NCBI GenBank assembly: GCA_000004695.1
Contig: CM000153.2
Span: 4,608,001 to 4,672,000 of the forward strand
Reading direction: 5' to 3'
Length of the DNA stretch: 64,000 nucleotides
Source of the DNA: Dictyostelium discoideum
Taxonomy: Eukaryota
In this document: one piece after another, positions 41,529-54,341 of the stretch
Layout of the letters: each line of letters opens with the position of its first letter
Numbering within the stretch: the first letter of the stretch is position 1
Made by a program: the position numbers and the translations under genes
Notes under the pieces: model-generated
Databases searched by the model: none
Seen by the model: the letters and a program-made list of their open reading frames with translations, nothing else
Told to the model about the DNA's origin: nothing

Positions 41529-43430
41529 TTATTTCTTCTTTTTATTTCCACTACTAACACCTGAAGAAGGTACAGCTTGAGCATGTTTAGTTTCTTTTAT
41601 ATGTTGGAATAATTTATTTCTACTTGGAAATTCACCTTTGCAAACATTACAAAATAATGATTCACCACTACCACCAGTTTGACCTTGTTGTTGTTGTTGT
41701 TGTTGTTTTTTCTCTTCTTTCTTTTCTCTTTTTTCTTTTGCTTTACCTTTACTCTTTGTTGTTGTTGTAGCTGATGTTGTTGTGGTCGTTGTAGTTGTTG
41801 TGGTATTTTTTTTATTATCTTTTTTATTATCTTTTTTAACTTTTTTATCTCCATCCTCTTCCTCATCTTCTTCTTCATCCTCATCATCATAATCATCATC
41901 CTCACGGTCTTCATTATTACTATCTTGTTCACTCTCATTTTCATCATCTTGAATTTTATTTTCTTTTTCTTCTTTTTCTCTTTGTTCTTTTAAATTTTTC
42001 TTTTTTTCTTTTGTTAAAACAAAATTCTTTAACATTGAAGTTACTAATAAATCATCTTCATCTTCAGAATTTAAATTATCATCATCATCATCATCATCAT
42101 CATTTGATAAATTTTTATTTTCTTTTAAATCTTCTTCTTCTTCTTCCTCTTCTTCAGATTCTATAAACTTTTGAGGTTTTGATTTCTTTTTATTTTTATT
42201 TACTAAACCAAAAACAAATTCATCACTCTTTTCATTAAACATTTGTGAATTTATAACTTTTTTTGATTTCTTTTTAGCTTTTTTAGATTTCTTTGATTTT
42301 TTATTTTTATTATTATCTTCATCATCTTCATCTTCATCCTCATTACTATCATTTCCATTGGTATTATTATTATTACTACTATTATTATTACTATTATTAT
42401 TACTATTATTATCTTCAGGTAATAATTCATCATCTAATGAAACAGCTTTTCTAATTCTAGCTAATTCTTGTTTATGTTTATTTGAATTTTGATGATTTTC
42501 TAATTGACCTTCAGATTTAAAAGCTTTATCACAAATTATACAAAAATTTGAATTATTTGAATTATCTTGATAAAGATTATCATCATCATCTTTATAGAGA
42601 CCTTGTTGTTTGGCAAGTTGATATTCTCTTTGTTTCTCTTCTTTGAATTTTTTAATTTGTTTTTGTCTTTCTTCTTCATCTAATTGTTTTTGAATTTCAG
42701 CTTCTCTTTGTTTTCTTTCAGTTTCTTCTAAACATTTCTTTTGATATTCTGTTATTCTCTTATCATGATTATAGATGAATGATGCTAAATGTCTAACCCT
42801 TTCGTTGTAGGCTGATCTTGCTTTCGATCTTTCCTTTTGATTCTCTTTCTCCATTAAACGTTTGATTTGTCTATTTGGTGCATCTGATAAATGGTAGAGA
42901 TCAGATGATGTGAATTTCTTTTTTGTTACAAAATCTTTCCAAAAACTGTAAAATTTTAAAACCTCTGCAATCGGTGTTGTTGAATCACCAAATTTTGGTG
43001 GATGGTGGTGATATTCGTTGATGGTTTCTTCACCTTCTTCGATTTTGTCAATGATTTCAAAAATTCTTGAATAAATTTTAAAGAAACCAGTTTCATCATT
43101 ATCATTGAATGATGTGAAAATCGATGTATTGAAATATGGCCATAAATTAATTTCATCATCATCGTCATCACCATCACCTGAACCACCTCTACCACCACGT
43201 AAAATCGCTTCCCTATGATCATCATACCATTTTCTTTCATTTGGATCTGATAATACTGTATAAGCATTATTAATCTCTTTAAATTTCTCTTCTGCAATTG
43301 ATAATTGATGTTGATTCTTATCTGGATGCCACATTAATGCTAATTTTCTATAAGATATTTTAATTTCATCTTGTTTTGCTGATTTTTCAATACCTAATAC
43401 TTCATAATAACATCTTAATTTTGTATTCAT
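41529..43430 (-). CDS. DnaJ homolog subfamily C member 21 / Jjj1-like J-protein. N-terminal J domain plus two C2H2 (U1-type) zinc fingers and charged low-complexity linkers.
   Basis: A 633-aa ORF. The J domain is [33 protein letters not shown] with an HPD motif. The C2H2 fingers are [25 protein letters not shown] and [26 protein letters not shown]. Acidic and KK-rich tracts are typical of DNAJC21. Confidence 0.8.
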   Translation of the reverse strand: MNTKLRCYYEVLGIEKSAKQDEIKISYRKLALMWHPDKNQHQLSIAEEKFKEINNAYTVLSDPNERKWYDDHREAILRGGRGGSGDGDDDDDEINLWPYFNTSIFTSFNDNDETGFFKIYSRIFEIIDKIEEGEETINEYHHHPPKFGDSTTPIAEVLKFYSFWKDFVTKKKFTSSDLYHLSDAPNRQIKRLMEKENQKERSKARSAYNERVRHLASFIYNHDKRITEYQKKCLEETERKQREAEIQKQLDEEERQKQIKKFKEEKQREYQLAKQQGLYKDDDDNLYQDNSNNSNFCIICDKAFKSEGQLENHQNSNKHKQELARIRKAVSLDDELLPEDNNSNNNSNNNSSNNNNTNGNDSNEDEDEDDEDNNKNKKSKKSKKAKKKSKKVINSQMFNEKSDEFVFGLVNKNKKKSKPQKFIESEEEEEEEEDLKENKNLSNDDDDDDDDNLNSEDEDDLLVTSMLKNFVLTKEKKKNLKEQREKEEKENKIQDDENESEQDSNNEDREDDDYDDEDEEEDEEEDGDKKVKKDNKKDNKKNTTTTTTTTTTSATTTTKSKGKAKEKREKKEEKKQQQQQQQGQTGGSGESLFCNVCKGEFPSRNKLFQHIKETKHAQAVPSSGVSSGNKKKK

Positions 43431-43708
43431 TTTTTTTTTTTTTTTTTTTTTTTTATAAATCTAAAATTATTATAGATTTATAGATATGAATATGATATTT
43501 TACAAAAATTGTAAAATAAATAAATTTAAAAAAAAATAAATAAATAAAAAAAAAAAAAAAAAAATTAAAAAATGAAAAAAAAAAAAAAAGTAAAAAATTC
43601 AAAAAAATTCGTTTTAGATATTATTTTCATTTTTTTTATCTTTTTTATTTCTCAATAAAAATAAAATAAAATAAAAAAACTAAACAGTGTGTGATTTTAT
43701 TTTATTTT

Positions 43709-43746
<38 letters not shown>

Positions 43747-43767
43747 GTAATAATATAAAAATAGAAA

Positions 43768-44761
43768 ATGGAATTAATTGAAGAGATTATTAATTTAGAT
43801 GAAGCAATTCAAGGTGAAACTAGAACAGAAATTATTTATACAAAATCACAAACACCATCAAATATAAAAATAATTGTAATTGCAGGTAATCCAGGTATTG
43901 AAAGTTTTTACCAAGAATTTGTAAAAGTTTTAAATTTATCATTTAATTCAAAATATGATATATATGGTGGTAAGTTGTATACAAAAATTTTATTTTATTA
44001 TTATTATTATTATTAATATTTTTATTAATATTTTTATTTATTTTTTAGTTGGACATATCGGACATTGTGGTAAAATTGAAAATAAAACATTTTCAGTTGA
44101 AGAACAAATTAAACATAAAGAATTATTTTTAGAATATTTATTAAAGAATAAGTATGGTGATAAGGATAGAAAAGATATAAAATTTATATTAATTGGTCAT
44201 TCAGTTGGAAGTTATATAAGTTTAAAAGTTGTGTCAAGGTTTAGTGAAAAGTTTGAATTCTTATCAGTGGTTAATCTATTCCCAACTTTTAAAAACCTTT
44301 ATGACGGCTTATCACCATTCATTAAAATGGTAGTCATGCGAGAATCTACACGTAATGGTTTATCAACATTCTTGCATTACATCCCATCCATTGTAGTTTC
44401 CAACGTATTGAAATGGATACTACCGTCGGACGAATCCCGAATAGCGGTCCAAAGTAAGATAAACTATTACTCAGCTTTGAATATCCTCTATATGGCATAC
44501 ACCGAAACTGAAGACATCAAAGAAATCGATGACGAATGTCACTCGGTTTTTAATTCACGTTTAAATCAATTACTTTTCATTTATGGTCAAACTGATAGTT
44601 ATACACCAAAATCATTCTATGATGAAATGAAACAGTTGTATCCAGCTGGAAATATCGAATATTCATCCTCTTATGTTCCACATGCTTTTGTATTACATCA
44701 TTCTCAAGAAGTTGCTTTAAGAGTTTCTGAATGGTTATCTTTAAACATTTTAAAAAATTAA
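43768..44761 (+). CDS. Lipid droplet-associated hydrolase (LDAH/C2orf43, DUF2305) alpha/beta-hydrolase. Two exons: 43768-43969 and 44049-44761, about 304 aa.
   Basis: Exon 1 ends ...NSKYDIYG at a GTAAGT donor. A 79-nt intron ends in TTTTAG. Phase 1 is preserved into VGHIGHCGKIEN.... Family-diagnostic blocks: IKIIVIAGNPGIESFY (IPGNPG motif), the GHSVGSY nucleophile elbow, LFPTFKNL and HAFVLHH. Confidence 0.8.
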
Positions 44762-45099
44762 TTTTAAAATAAAAATAAAAATGAAAAAAAAAAAAACAGA
44801 TCAAAATTAAAAAAATAAAAATAAAAATAAAAAATTAAATTTTATTTTTTATTTTTTTTTTTTATTTTTATTTTTTTTTTTTTTAATAATTTAATTTTCT
44901 TTTAAAATTTTTTTCTCAATTTATTTTTTGTTTTTTTTTTTTTTTTTTAAATTATCAAGTTTTCAATTTTTTAATTTATTTTTCTATAATATTTCTCTTT
45001 GTATAATACAATTTATATCTTTTTTTAATTGTATTATATTACTATTGTAAAAAAAAAAAAAAAAAAATAAAACAACAGAAATAAAACAAAAGAAATAAA

Positions 45100-47469
45100 A
45101 TGGATCAGTTGGCAGAATTAAGAAAACAAAGACATTTGGAATATTTACAAAAAAAAGAGAAAGAAGATGCAGAAAGATTAGAGCTTGAAAGAATTCAAAT
45201 AGAAAATGCTGAAGCTTTAAGATTATTAAATCCAAATAATGAAAATCTTGAAGATGAAATTACTGCAACCACCACCACCACTACCACCACTACCACAATG
45301 ACAAATAATGATATAGAATTTAATGAAGAAGAAGAAGAAGAAGAAAATGAAGAAGAAGAGGTAGAAGAGGAAGAGGTAGAAGAAGAAGAAGAAGAAGAAA
45401 ATGATATAGAAGAAGAAGAACCAAATTTTAATGGTCCACCATTACCTCAACCACCTGTTTATCAACCAATTTTCAAACCCCATGCAACAAATCATCATTA
45501 TGGTCATTATAATAATAATAATCAACCATATTTCCCACCAGTATTTAATCCAAATCTATTTGGTGGAGGTGGTCATCATGGTCCAAATCATAATATATTC
45601 AATCATGGTGGAATTCATAATAATGCAGGACCAGGTTATTTATTAAACTCTGATAATAATAATAACAATAATAATTATAATAATCCATTTACATTATCAA
45701 ATAATAATAATAATAATAATAGTCCACCACAATCAACTGAACCAACAACAAAAGAAGAGAAAAGATCAGCATTTTTAAATTCAATTGAGAGTAGATATAA
45801 TAAATCACCAGAATTAGTATCAGTGAATAATGAAATTGATAAACAAAAACGAAAAATAATTCATAGAATACCAAAAGATTATTCAGTAAAGAAATTGGTT
45901 GATCTATGTTTAGCAAAGATGTCAATTGATTTAACATTATTTCAATCTCAATTAAAGTTAATGTCTGGTGAATTAATTCAAAGATTAATTGAATTGATGG
46001 TATCATCTAATCGTTTAACTAGAAAGAAAATGGACCAAATCGTTGCAAGTGGTGCTCGTATCTACTCATTGGACCTTAGTCATCAATTTGCAGTTGTAAA
46101 TAATGATTTCCTTTTAAATTGTTTCAAATACATGGCTGAATTATCAAATGTTTATTTTAGAAATTGTGAAAATCTAAATGATATTGGTTTACAAATTTTC
46201 CGTCAACCAAATTTTGAAAAAAATTTAAAAACTTTAGATTTAAGAGATAATCGTATTACTGATGTTGGTATTAGAAATTTAAAAGGTAAAAATATTTTTA
46301 ATTATTTTATATATTTTTATAAAAATAAAATAAATACTAATTTATTTATTTATTTATTTATTTTTTTATTTATTTATCTAAATAGGTTTATTAAATTTAG
46401 AAGAATTATATTTAGGATCAACAGGATGTACAGATATAGGTTTAGCATTATTATGTAATTTATTAAAATTAAAAACATTAGATGTATCAAAATGTAATAT
46501 CACAGATTCTTCAATGGATATTATTTGTAGATTTACAGAACTTAAATTCTTATATCTATCTGGTACTCAAGTAACTGATAAAGGTATAAATACAATTTCA
46601 AAGTTACCAAACTTAATTCAACTTTATGTTTCAAATTGTTTAAGAATTACAAATCAATCTTTATTCTTTTTAGCATGTAAATATATCTATATAAATTTAT
46701 TTTATTAATTATTGTTGGTTGGTTGTTTATTTTTATTTAAAACTTTAACAATATTAATAATCTATTTTTTATCATAGATTTAGGTAAAACATTAAAATTA
46801 TTAGACATTTTTCAAACAAAGATTGGATTAAATGGATTTATTCAATTAAGAATGTTTAAACAATTACAATTTTTAGTATTACCAGGTAGAGATTCGATTA
46901 ATGATGCAACAATTGGTCATTTAAATTCATTAAGTAATTTAAGAAAATTGGATTTATCAGATTATCGTAATATCTCTGATTTATCACCATTGACAAATTT
47001 ACAAAGTTTAACAGAATTGTTACTATCAAATACAAAGATTTCTGATAATTCAATTATAAATTCAATAAAGACAATGGATTCATTGGAAGTGTTATCATTA
47101 AATAAAACTGAAGTTACAACTGAAGGTGTCTCTCAATTAGTAAATTTAAATTTAACATCACTTTCATTATCATCAACTAAAATAGATGGAAAATCATTAT
47201 ATTATTTAGGTCAAATGAAATCATTACAAAAGTTGGATATCTCTTTTAATGACATCACAGATAATAGTATGGATTATTTGAAACCAATCGCCGATACTTT
47301 GTCTCATATTGATCTTAGAGGTACTGATACTTTTCGTTCTCTCCATATGTTTAATGAAAAAATTGTAAGACCCCCTGTAAAAAATATCATAAAATCACCA
47401 AATAATAATGAAGAAGATGGTGATAATAATGATGATGATGATGATGATGAAAATGAACCACTTTGGTAA
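45100..47469 (+). CDS. Leucine-rich-repeat protein (RNI-like/typical LRRs) with an N-terminal coiled-coil and an acidic/Thr/Asn low-complexity region. Three exons: 45100-46285, 46386-46676 and 46778-47469, about 722 aa.
   Basis: Intron 1 is GTAAAA...AATAG (100 nt, phase 1). Intron 2 is GTAAAT...ATCATAG (101 nt, phase 1). The spliced frame joins the ORF-track ORFs 45100-, 46514- and 46852- without stops, and the total length is divisible by 3. Repeated LxxLxLxxN/C motifs run across all exons (LKTLDLRDNRITD, LEELYLGSTGCTD, LKTLDVSKCNITD, LKFLYLSGTQVTD, LRKLDLSDYRNISD...). Confidence 0.6.
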
Positions 47470-47552
47470 TAATGAAATTAATAATAATAATAATAAACAC
47501 ATAATAATTTATAAAAATAATAATTAATAAAATAAAATATTTAAAATATATG

Positions 47553-48260
47553 TTATATTATTATTAACAATAATATTATTGTTAATAATAATAATAATAA
47601 ATTTAATTTATTAATTTTTTTAAAAAATAATGATGGCGGTGATGATATTGATGTTGATAAACTATTAAATTGAAAATGCCTAATTTCTTTTAAAATTATT
47701 GAATTTGATTTAAATGATTTTATATTTCTATTATCACATGCTTTACAATTTTCATTACATGATTTAAAATAAATTATATCACCCTCTTCTGAACAATAAT
47801 ATTTTTTATTACCTTCAAGACAAGTATTATTTGAAAATGATTCAACTGTTGTAACTTCTTTTGATAATTTTATAACATAATTACATAATCCATCCAATAG
47901 TATTGGGGAGGTTGTATTTGAAATATTTATAATTACTGATGAATTATCATCATATTTAATACACTTATTTAAGTCATAGAATATTATTGGATTGTAATTA
48001 TCGCAATGGGAATCTTGACTAATGAATATGTTGGGTGAGTATCCTAATCTTTCTATTTCACCTTTATTTATATCACCAACTTTCATATATAACCCATCCT
48101 TTTGACATGGTGTTATGGTTTTTATAAATGTTGCATTACCTTTACATTCGAAATTATTATTTTCATATACAAAAAATGAAATCTTATATCCATTTATTTT
48201 TATAACAAATATTAATAATAATAATATAATATTATATATAAAATTTATTTTAATCATCAT
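47553..48260 (-). CDS. Cys-rich type I membrane/secreted protein (signal peptide, 12+ Cys, C-terminal TM). A paralog of the gene at 62086-62910.
   Basis: A 235-aa ORF with N-terminal MMIKINFIYNIILLLLIFVIKING, a CKG...C...C pattern shared with the 62086 ORF, and a C-terminal LLLLLLTIILLLIII. Confidence 0.45.
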   Translation of the reverse strand: MMIKINFIYNIILLLLIFVIKINGYKISFFVYENNNFECKGNATFIKTITPCQKDGLYMKVGDINKGEIERLGYSPNIFISQDSHCDNYNPIIFYDLNKCIKYDDNSSVIINISNTTSPILLDGLCNYVIKLSKEVTTVESFSNNTCLEGNKKYYCSEEGDIIYFKSCNENCKACDNRNIKSFKSNSIILKEIRHFQFNSLSTSISSPPSLFFKKINKLNLLLLLLTIILLLIII

Positions 48261-49115
48261 TCATTAATTAAAAATTGACAATAAATAATTAATATTAAAA
48301 ATAAAAATAAAAATAAAAATAAAAACAAAAAATAAAAATAAAAATAAAAATAAAAATTATATTTGAAAAAAAAAATAAATAAATAAATTAAATAAATTAA
48401 ATAAATAAAAATAAAAAAAAAAAAAAAAAAAAAAAAGTGTATGTGTGTGTCTATTTTAAAAAATTATTTTTATCACTCTGTAAAAATATTTTTAATTCAT
48501 TCCAAAACTCATAATTAACAAAAGATAAAAAATTTAGATATGTATATAAAAATAAAATTTATTATTTAAATAATAGATTTCAATTTATTGGCAAAATAAC
48601 CTCTTTTTTTTTTATATTAAATAAAAAAAAAAAAAAAAAAAAGAGTATTTATATTAGGTTGTGATGGTAATAAATCAAAAAAACTTATTACTACATAAAA
48701 ATTATTAAATTTTATTTTTTAATTGAAAAATTGTTCTTTTTTTTTTTTTTTTTTATTTTTTATTTTTTTTTTTTTTTCCCCAATACTTAATTTAATCTAA
48801 ATTGGTGAATTTAAAAATAAAAATAAAAATTAAAAAAAATTAAAAAAAACACCTCACTCATTTTTTTGGGTGTGGAAATGAGATTTAATCTTATTATTTT
48901 TAATTTTTTTTTATTTAAAAAAATTAAATTTGGGAAAATAAAAAAAAATTAAGCACATTAATATTTTTTTTTTTTTTTTTTTTTATTCTTATTTTATTTT
49001 TATCCTTTTTGAACACTAAATTATTATTTTTTTTATATATATCAAACACACACTTCACACACAAACACAAACACCATTTTAAAACATAACATTTCTTTTT
49101 TCCTCTCACCACGCA

Positions 49116-49529
49116 ATGTTTTCTCCCAGGGATAGTTTCAATTTCTTTGATGACCCAACTTTTGGTATTAACCTCCAACCTCTCACAACGACGTATGTTG
49201 AAGTGGAAGATTTGGAAAATGATATCAAAAGATTATCAAGTCTGTTCTATGAAGAGACTGTTCATCTTAGTTATAAATTACCCAATTCTTTAAAGAAGTC
49301 TCGAAATTTCTTACAACCATACCTTAATATTAAACCTATTAAACATTCAAGACAAAACTATACACAATTAACAAACTATATAGACCAATCAAAAGACTTA
49401 GTTCAAGAGTGTAAGTCTTGTTTTAGTGATAATGTTGGTGTCAATGATATATTAAGGGATATACTGCGTGATATGGATAGGTTAAAGGTACATTATTGTT
49501 CAGATGGTGGTATATTTTCATCTTTATAG
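49116..49529 (+). CDS. A-family small protein, copy 1 (137 aa). Unrecognised, tandemly amplified family.
   Basis: MFSPRDSFNFFDDPTFGINLQPLTTTYVEVEDLENDIKR...HYCSDGGIFSSL. The ORF is maintained in 4 diverged copies with in-frame indels and clustered non-synonymous changes. Confidence 0.55.
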   Translation: MFSPRDSFNFFDDPTFGINLQPLTTTYVEVEDLENDIKRLSSLFYEETVHLSYKLPNSLKKSRNFLQPYLNIKPIKHSRQNYTQLTNYIDQSKDLVQECKSCFSDNVGVNDILRDILRDMDRLKVHYCSDGGIFSSL

Positions 49530-49852
49530 TTAATACTATAAAAATGGATTTATGCAATCATATTTTAATTTTTACTATTTATATATTCTTTATTTCATTC
49601 TTTTTTTTTTTTCTCTTTCTCTTTTATTTTTGTTTTTTTTCTTTTGTGTAACAAAAATACAAACTTCCAAAACTAAAAAAAAGTAAAAAAACAAAATCAA
49701 ACAAAATCAAACAAAATCAAACAAATAATTTAAAAATCAAATACAAAATCAAAAACAAAGGTAACAGAAAAAATGAAAAAAAAAACAAAATGAAATAAAA
49801 AATATATAAATAATAAAAAAAAAGTTTATCAAACAATACAAATTAAAAATAT

Positions 49853-49914
49853 CCTTCCTTCTAATCAACTTTCAATGTATGAATATACATTGAAGGTTGA
49901 TTAGAAGGGAGGAT
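49853..49914. repeat. Long perfect or near-perfect hairpin / inverted-repeat element (about 24-bp stem, 4-nt loop), with a second short hairpin just downstream. Copies recur in other units.
   Basis: ccttctaatcaactttcaatgtat gaat atacattgaaggttgattagaagg, with one G-T mismatch. It is followed by caatgtatcggatacatt (a 7-bp stem with a G bulge in the right arm). The same element sits at 52299-52360 and, diverged, at 59523-59580. Confidence 0.7.
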
Positions 49915-50467
49915 ATTCAAATCAAATCCCAATGTATCGGATACATTCCTTAGTTAGAATGAAGGGTTTTCTGTTTAGTTTAAAAGAAAAGTGAAATTCT
50001 GTTGCAATATCGATATCTGGTGTCTTAGAGTCAAACTATTTTCTCAATGGCATTCCAATCAATTTCCAAAATACATTCCAGTTTTTCAATCAAAGAAATT
50101 CTATAAATAAACCATTTTAATCCTCTTAAAAAATATTGTTTTGATTTTTTTTTTTTTTTTTTTGATTTTTTTTTTTTTTTAGTTAAATTACTCCTATTAT
50201 TTAAAAAATATTTTTTAACTTCCTTTTATCATTTTTAAAATAATAATTATACCAAAATGTATTTTTCATTTTATAATAGTGAAAATAAAAAATCATTATT
50301 GATGGAATATATTTTAAAAAATGAAAGGACAAAACTAATCCATTTTTTTTTTTTTTTTTTAAGAATATTGGTTTTTTTTTTTTTTTTTTAATCTTATTCA
50401 TAATAAATAGAATAAAATAATAAATACTAATATCTTTTTTTTTTAATTATATCTTTATATTTTTTAA

Positions 50468-50718
50468 AATTAAATGGTGAACTAATAACATTGCAAATCA
50501 AGGCAAATGCAAATAATGTATATGAAAGTGGTGATCAATGTGGTAATTCAACATTTACTTCATTTAATTACAATAATAATAATGTTAAAACATTTATTAC
50601 AATGTCACCTCATCCTGGTAATGTAGTTGAATTTTATAAATATTATACAAATTTTAAAATTAATGGAATTAATTTCAACAATTTCACAAAATGTAAATTA
50701 AATAAAAAAATTAAATAA
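50468..50718 (+). pseudogene. 5' fragment of the B-family (Asn-rich membrane glycoprotein) gene, unit 1.
   Basis: It encodes ...LNGELITLQIKANANNVYESGDQCGNSTFTSFNYNNNNVKTFITMSPHPGNVVEFYKYYTNFKINGINFNNFT, then breaks off into (AAAAT)n and an antisense fragment of the 47553 gene. Confidence 0.5.
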
Positions 50719-50749
50719 AATAATAATAATAATATAATAAAATAAAATT

Positions 50750-50822
50750 AAATAAAATAAAATAAAATAAAATAAAATAAAATAAAATAAAATAAAATAA
50801 AATAAAATAAAATAAAATAAAA
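50750..50822. repeat. (AAAAT)n microsatellite.
   Basis: Direct reading: aaataaaataaaat... about 14 copies. Confidence 0.9.
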
Positions 50823-51531
50823 TAATACAATTGTAACTTCTTTTGATAATTTTATAGCATAAATTAAAATTAAAATAATTCTTGAAAAAAAAAAAATTAA
50901 ATAAATATATAAATAAATAAATAAAAATAAAATTGAAAATAAAAAGTGTATCTGTGTCTATTATAAAAATTAATTTTATCAATCTGTAAAAATATTTTTA
51001 ATCAATTTTAAAACTCATAATTAACAACAGATAAAAAATTAAGATATGCATATATATAAAAAAAAAATTATTATTATTATTAAATAAAAGATAACAAATT
51101 AACCTTCTATTTATTACTATATAAAATTTTTTATTTTACATGAATAATTGGTTTTTTTTTTTTTTTTTTTTATTTTTTTTTTTTTTTGTTTAATATCAAG
51201 ATTGGTGAATTTAAAAATAAAAATAAAAATTTAAAAAAAATTAAAAAAAAACACCTCACTCATTTTTTTGGGTATGGAAATGAGATTTAATCTTATTATT
51301 TTTTTTAATTATTTTTTATTTTTATTTAAAAAAATTAAATTTGGGAAAAAAAAAAAAATTAAGCACCACATTAAGGGTTTTTTTTTTTTTTTTTTTTTAA
51401 TTCTTTTTTTATTTTTATCCTTTTTGAACACTAAATTAAATTAATTATTATTTTTATATATATATATATATATATCCAACACACACACCATTTTTAAAAA
51501 ATAACATTTCTTTTTTCCTCTCCACCACGCA

Positions 51532-51945
51532 ATGTTTTCTCCCAGGGATAGTTTCAATTTCTTTGATGACCCAACTTTTGGTATTAACCTCCAACCTCTC
51601 ACAACGACGTATGTTGAAGTGGAAGATTTGGAAAATGATATCAAAAGATTATCAAGTCTGTTCTATGAAGAGACTGTTCATCTTAGTTATAAATTACCCA
51701 ATTCTTTAAAGAAGTCTCGAAATTTCTTACAACCATACCTTAATATTAAACCTATTAAACATTCAAGACAAAACTATACACAATTAACAAACTCTATTGA
51801 CTATGCAAAAGTCTTTGTTCAAGAGTGTACGGCATGTTTTGATGATAATGTTGGTGTCAATAATTTATTAAGGGATATACTGCGTGGTATGGATAGTTTA
51901 AAGGTGCATTATTGTTCAGATGGTGGTATATTTTCATCTTTATAG
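51532..51945 (+). CDS. A-family small protein, copy 2 (137 aa).
   Basis: Near-identical to copy 1 through residue 85, then diverges (TNSIDYAKVFVQECTACFDDNVGVNNLLRDILRGMDSLKVHYCSDGGIFSSL). Confidence 0.55.
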   Translation: MFSPRDSFNFFDDPTFGINLQPLTTTYVEVEDLENDIKRLSSLFYEETVHLSYKLPNSLKKSRNFLQPYLNIKPIKHSRQNYTQLTNSIDYAKVFVQECTACFDDNVGVNNLLRDILRGMDSLKVHYCSDGGIFSSL

Positions 51946-52298
51946 TTAACACTATAAAAATGGATTTATGCAATCATATTTTAATTTTTACTATTTATAT
52001 ATTCTTTATTTCATTCTTTTTTTTTTTTTCTCTCTTTTATTTTTGTTTTTTTTTGTTTTTTTTTCTTTTGTATATAACAAAAATACAAACTTCCAAAACT
52101 AAAAAAAAGTAAAAAAACAAAATCAAACAAAATCAAACAAAATCAAACAAAATCAAACAAAAAATTTAAAAATCAAATACAAAATCAAAAACAAAGGTAA
52201 CAGAAAAATTGAAAAAAAAAAAAAAAAAAAAAAAAAAATGAAATAAAAATATATAAATAATAAAAAAAAGTTTATCAAACAAAACAAATTAAAAATAT

Positions 52299-52360
52299 CC
52301 TTCCTTCTAATCAACTTTCAATGTATGAATATACATTGAAGGTTGATTAGAAGGGAGGAT
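52299..52360. repeat. Hairpin element, unit-2 copy.
   Basis: Identical sequence to 49853-49914. Confidence 0.7.
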
Positions 52361-52592
52361 ATTCAAATCAAATCCCAATGTATCGGATACATTCCTTAGT
52401 TAGAATGAAGGGTTTTCTGTTTAGTTTAAAAGAAAAGTGAAATTCTGTTGCAATATCGATATCTGGTGTCTTAGAGTCAAACTATTTTCTCAATGGCATT
52501 CCAATCAATTTCCAAAATGCATTCTAGTTTTTCAATCAAAGAAATTCTATAAATAAACCATTTTAATCCTCTTAAAAAATATTGTTTTGATT

Positions 52593-52635
<43 letters not shown>

Positions 52636-52920
52636 TTCAATTACTCCTATTATTAAAAAAATATTTTTTAACTTCCTTTTATCAATTTTAAAATAATAAT
52701 TATACCAAAATGCATTTTTCATTTTATATAAGTGAAAATAAATAATCATTATTCATGGATTATATTTTAAAAAATGAAAGGACAAAACTAATCCATTTTT
52801 TTTTTTATTTTTTAAAATTTTGTTTTTTTTTTTTTCATCTTATTCATAATAAATAGAATAAAATAATAAATACTAATATCTTTTTTTTTTTTTTTTTTTA
52901 ATTTTAGCTTTAAATTTTTT

Positions 52921-53382
52921 AAAATTAAATGGTGAACTAATAACATTGCAAATCAATGCAAATGGAAATAATGTATATGAAAGTGGTGATCAATGTGGTA
53001 ATTCAACATTTACTTATAATTCAATAAATGCAATTTCTTATTTTGAAACAATTAAAGTATATAATCAAACCTCAAAAATTTAAATTTATCCACATTGAAA
53101 TTACTTTAGATGACTCTTTATAAAATTGGTAATCCATTAATACTTTTTCAAAATAAAATTGAAATTTCGCCTTTAAATCAAAAATCTAAAAATGTAATCA
53201 TTGATGATTCTTCAATTAATAACAATAATAATAATAATAATACTAAAACATTTATTACAATGTCACCTCCTCCTGGTAATGTAGTTGAATCTTATAAATC
53301 ATATACAATTTTTAAAATTAATGGAATTAATTTCAACAATTTAACATTTACAATTGTAACTTTTGATAATTTTATAGCATAA
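52921..53382 (+). pseudogene. 5' fragment of the B-family gene, unit 2, with internal stop(s).
   Basis: KLNGELITLQINANGNNVYESGDQCGNSTFTYNSINAISYFETIKVYNQTSKI* ... MTLYKIGNPLILFQNKIEISPLNQKSKNVIIDDSSINNNN...KTFITMSPPPGNVVESYKSYTIFKINGINFNNLTFTIVTFDNFIA*. Confidence 0.5.
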
Positions 53383-54032
53383 ATTAAAATAAAAATAATA
53401 TTTGAAAAAAAAAATTAAATAAATATATAAATAAATAAATAAAAATAAAAATAAAAATAAAAAAAAAAGTGTATGTGTGTCTATTTTAAAAAATTATTTT
53501 TATCGCTCTATAAAAATATTTTTAATTCATTCCAACTCATAATTAACAACAGATAAAAAATTAAGATATGTATATATATAAAAAAAAAAATTATTATTTT
53601 TATTTAAATAATAGATAACAAATTAACCTCATTTTTATTACTATATAACAGTAAAAAATAATATTAACACTTTTTTTTTAAAAAAAAAAAAAAAAAAAAA
53701 ATAATAAAAAAAAAAACTGATCACTTAATTTTAGGTGAAAAAAAAAAATAAAAAATAAAAAAAAATAAAAAAAAAATATATATTTTGTTAAGGAATTTAC
53801 AAACAACAAAAAAAATTAATTTTTTTTTTTTTTTCTATTTTTTTTTTTATTTTTTTTATTTTTTTTATATTCACCTAAAATTTTTTTTTTTTTCTCATTT
53901 TTTTTTTTTTTTTTTTTTTTTTATAACACTATAATTAAATTAATAATAATAAAATAATAAAATAATTTAATTGTTTTTTTATATATCAAAAACACATATA
54001 TAATATTTTAAAACTCAAACTTTTCTACTACA

Positions 54033-54341
54033 ATGTCTTCTCAAGAAGGTGACCTTCCCCCTCTCAGCGATTACCCAGATGCAACTAAAGTGGATGAATT
54101 ATGGTGTAAAATCATTGCCCAATCAACTACTCCCCTTGAAATAACCAATTTATTGAACCAGTTTTCCCATTTCTTAAAGCCATGCCAAGTTAACTCACTT
54201 TCAAAGAACCCACAAACGAAAAAATTACTAGAACATTTAGAAAAGTGTAGGGGCCCATGTAATAATGATAATACCAACAATTTATTAAGCGATATGATAC
54301 AGAATGTCCAAAATTTAATTATATTATTAATGATCCCATAA
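54033..54341 (+). CDS. Divergent small ORF occupying the A-gene slot of unit 3 (102 aa). A possible distant A-family member.
   Basis: The ORF MSSQEGDLPPLSDYPDATKVDELW... is followed by the same conserved downstream block (tatagttaactactataaatatggatttatgcaatcac) as the A genes. Its C-terminal NLLSDMIQNVQNL resembles the A-family NNLLRDILRDMDRL. Confidence 0.3.
   Translation: MSSQEGDLPPLSDYPDATKVDELWCKIIAQSTTPLEITNLLNQFSHFLKPCQVNSLSKNPQTKKLLEHLEKCRGPCNNDNTNNLLSDMIQNVQNLIILLMIP

Noticed and set aside
46514-46708. Independent 64-aa ORF (MDIICRF...)
   Set aside because: It is part of exon 2 of the LRR gene. Its apparent C-terminal tail (KYIYINLFY) is read-through into intron 2.
50201-52749. Minus-strand ORFs 50201-50401 and 52477-52749 that overlap the conserved downstream blocks of the repeat units
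   Set aside because: Conservation here reflects recent duplication, not selection. The frames are joined through variable poly-A runs (poly-K), and the peptides are short with no known motif. A hidden minus-strand exon cannot be fully excluded.
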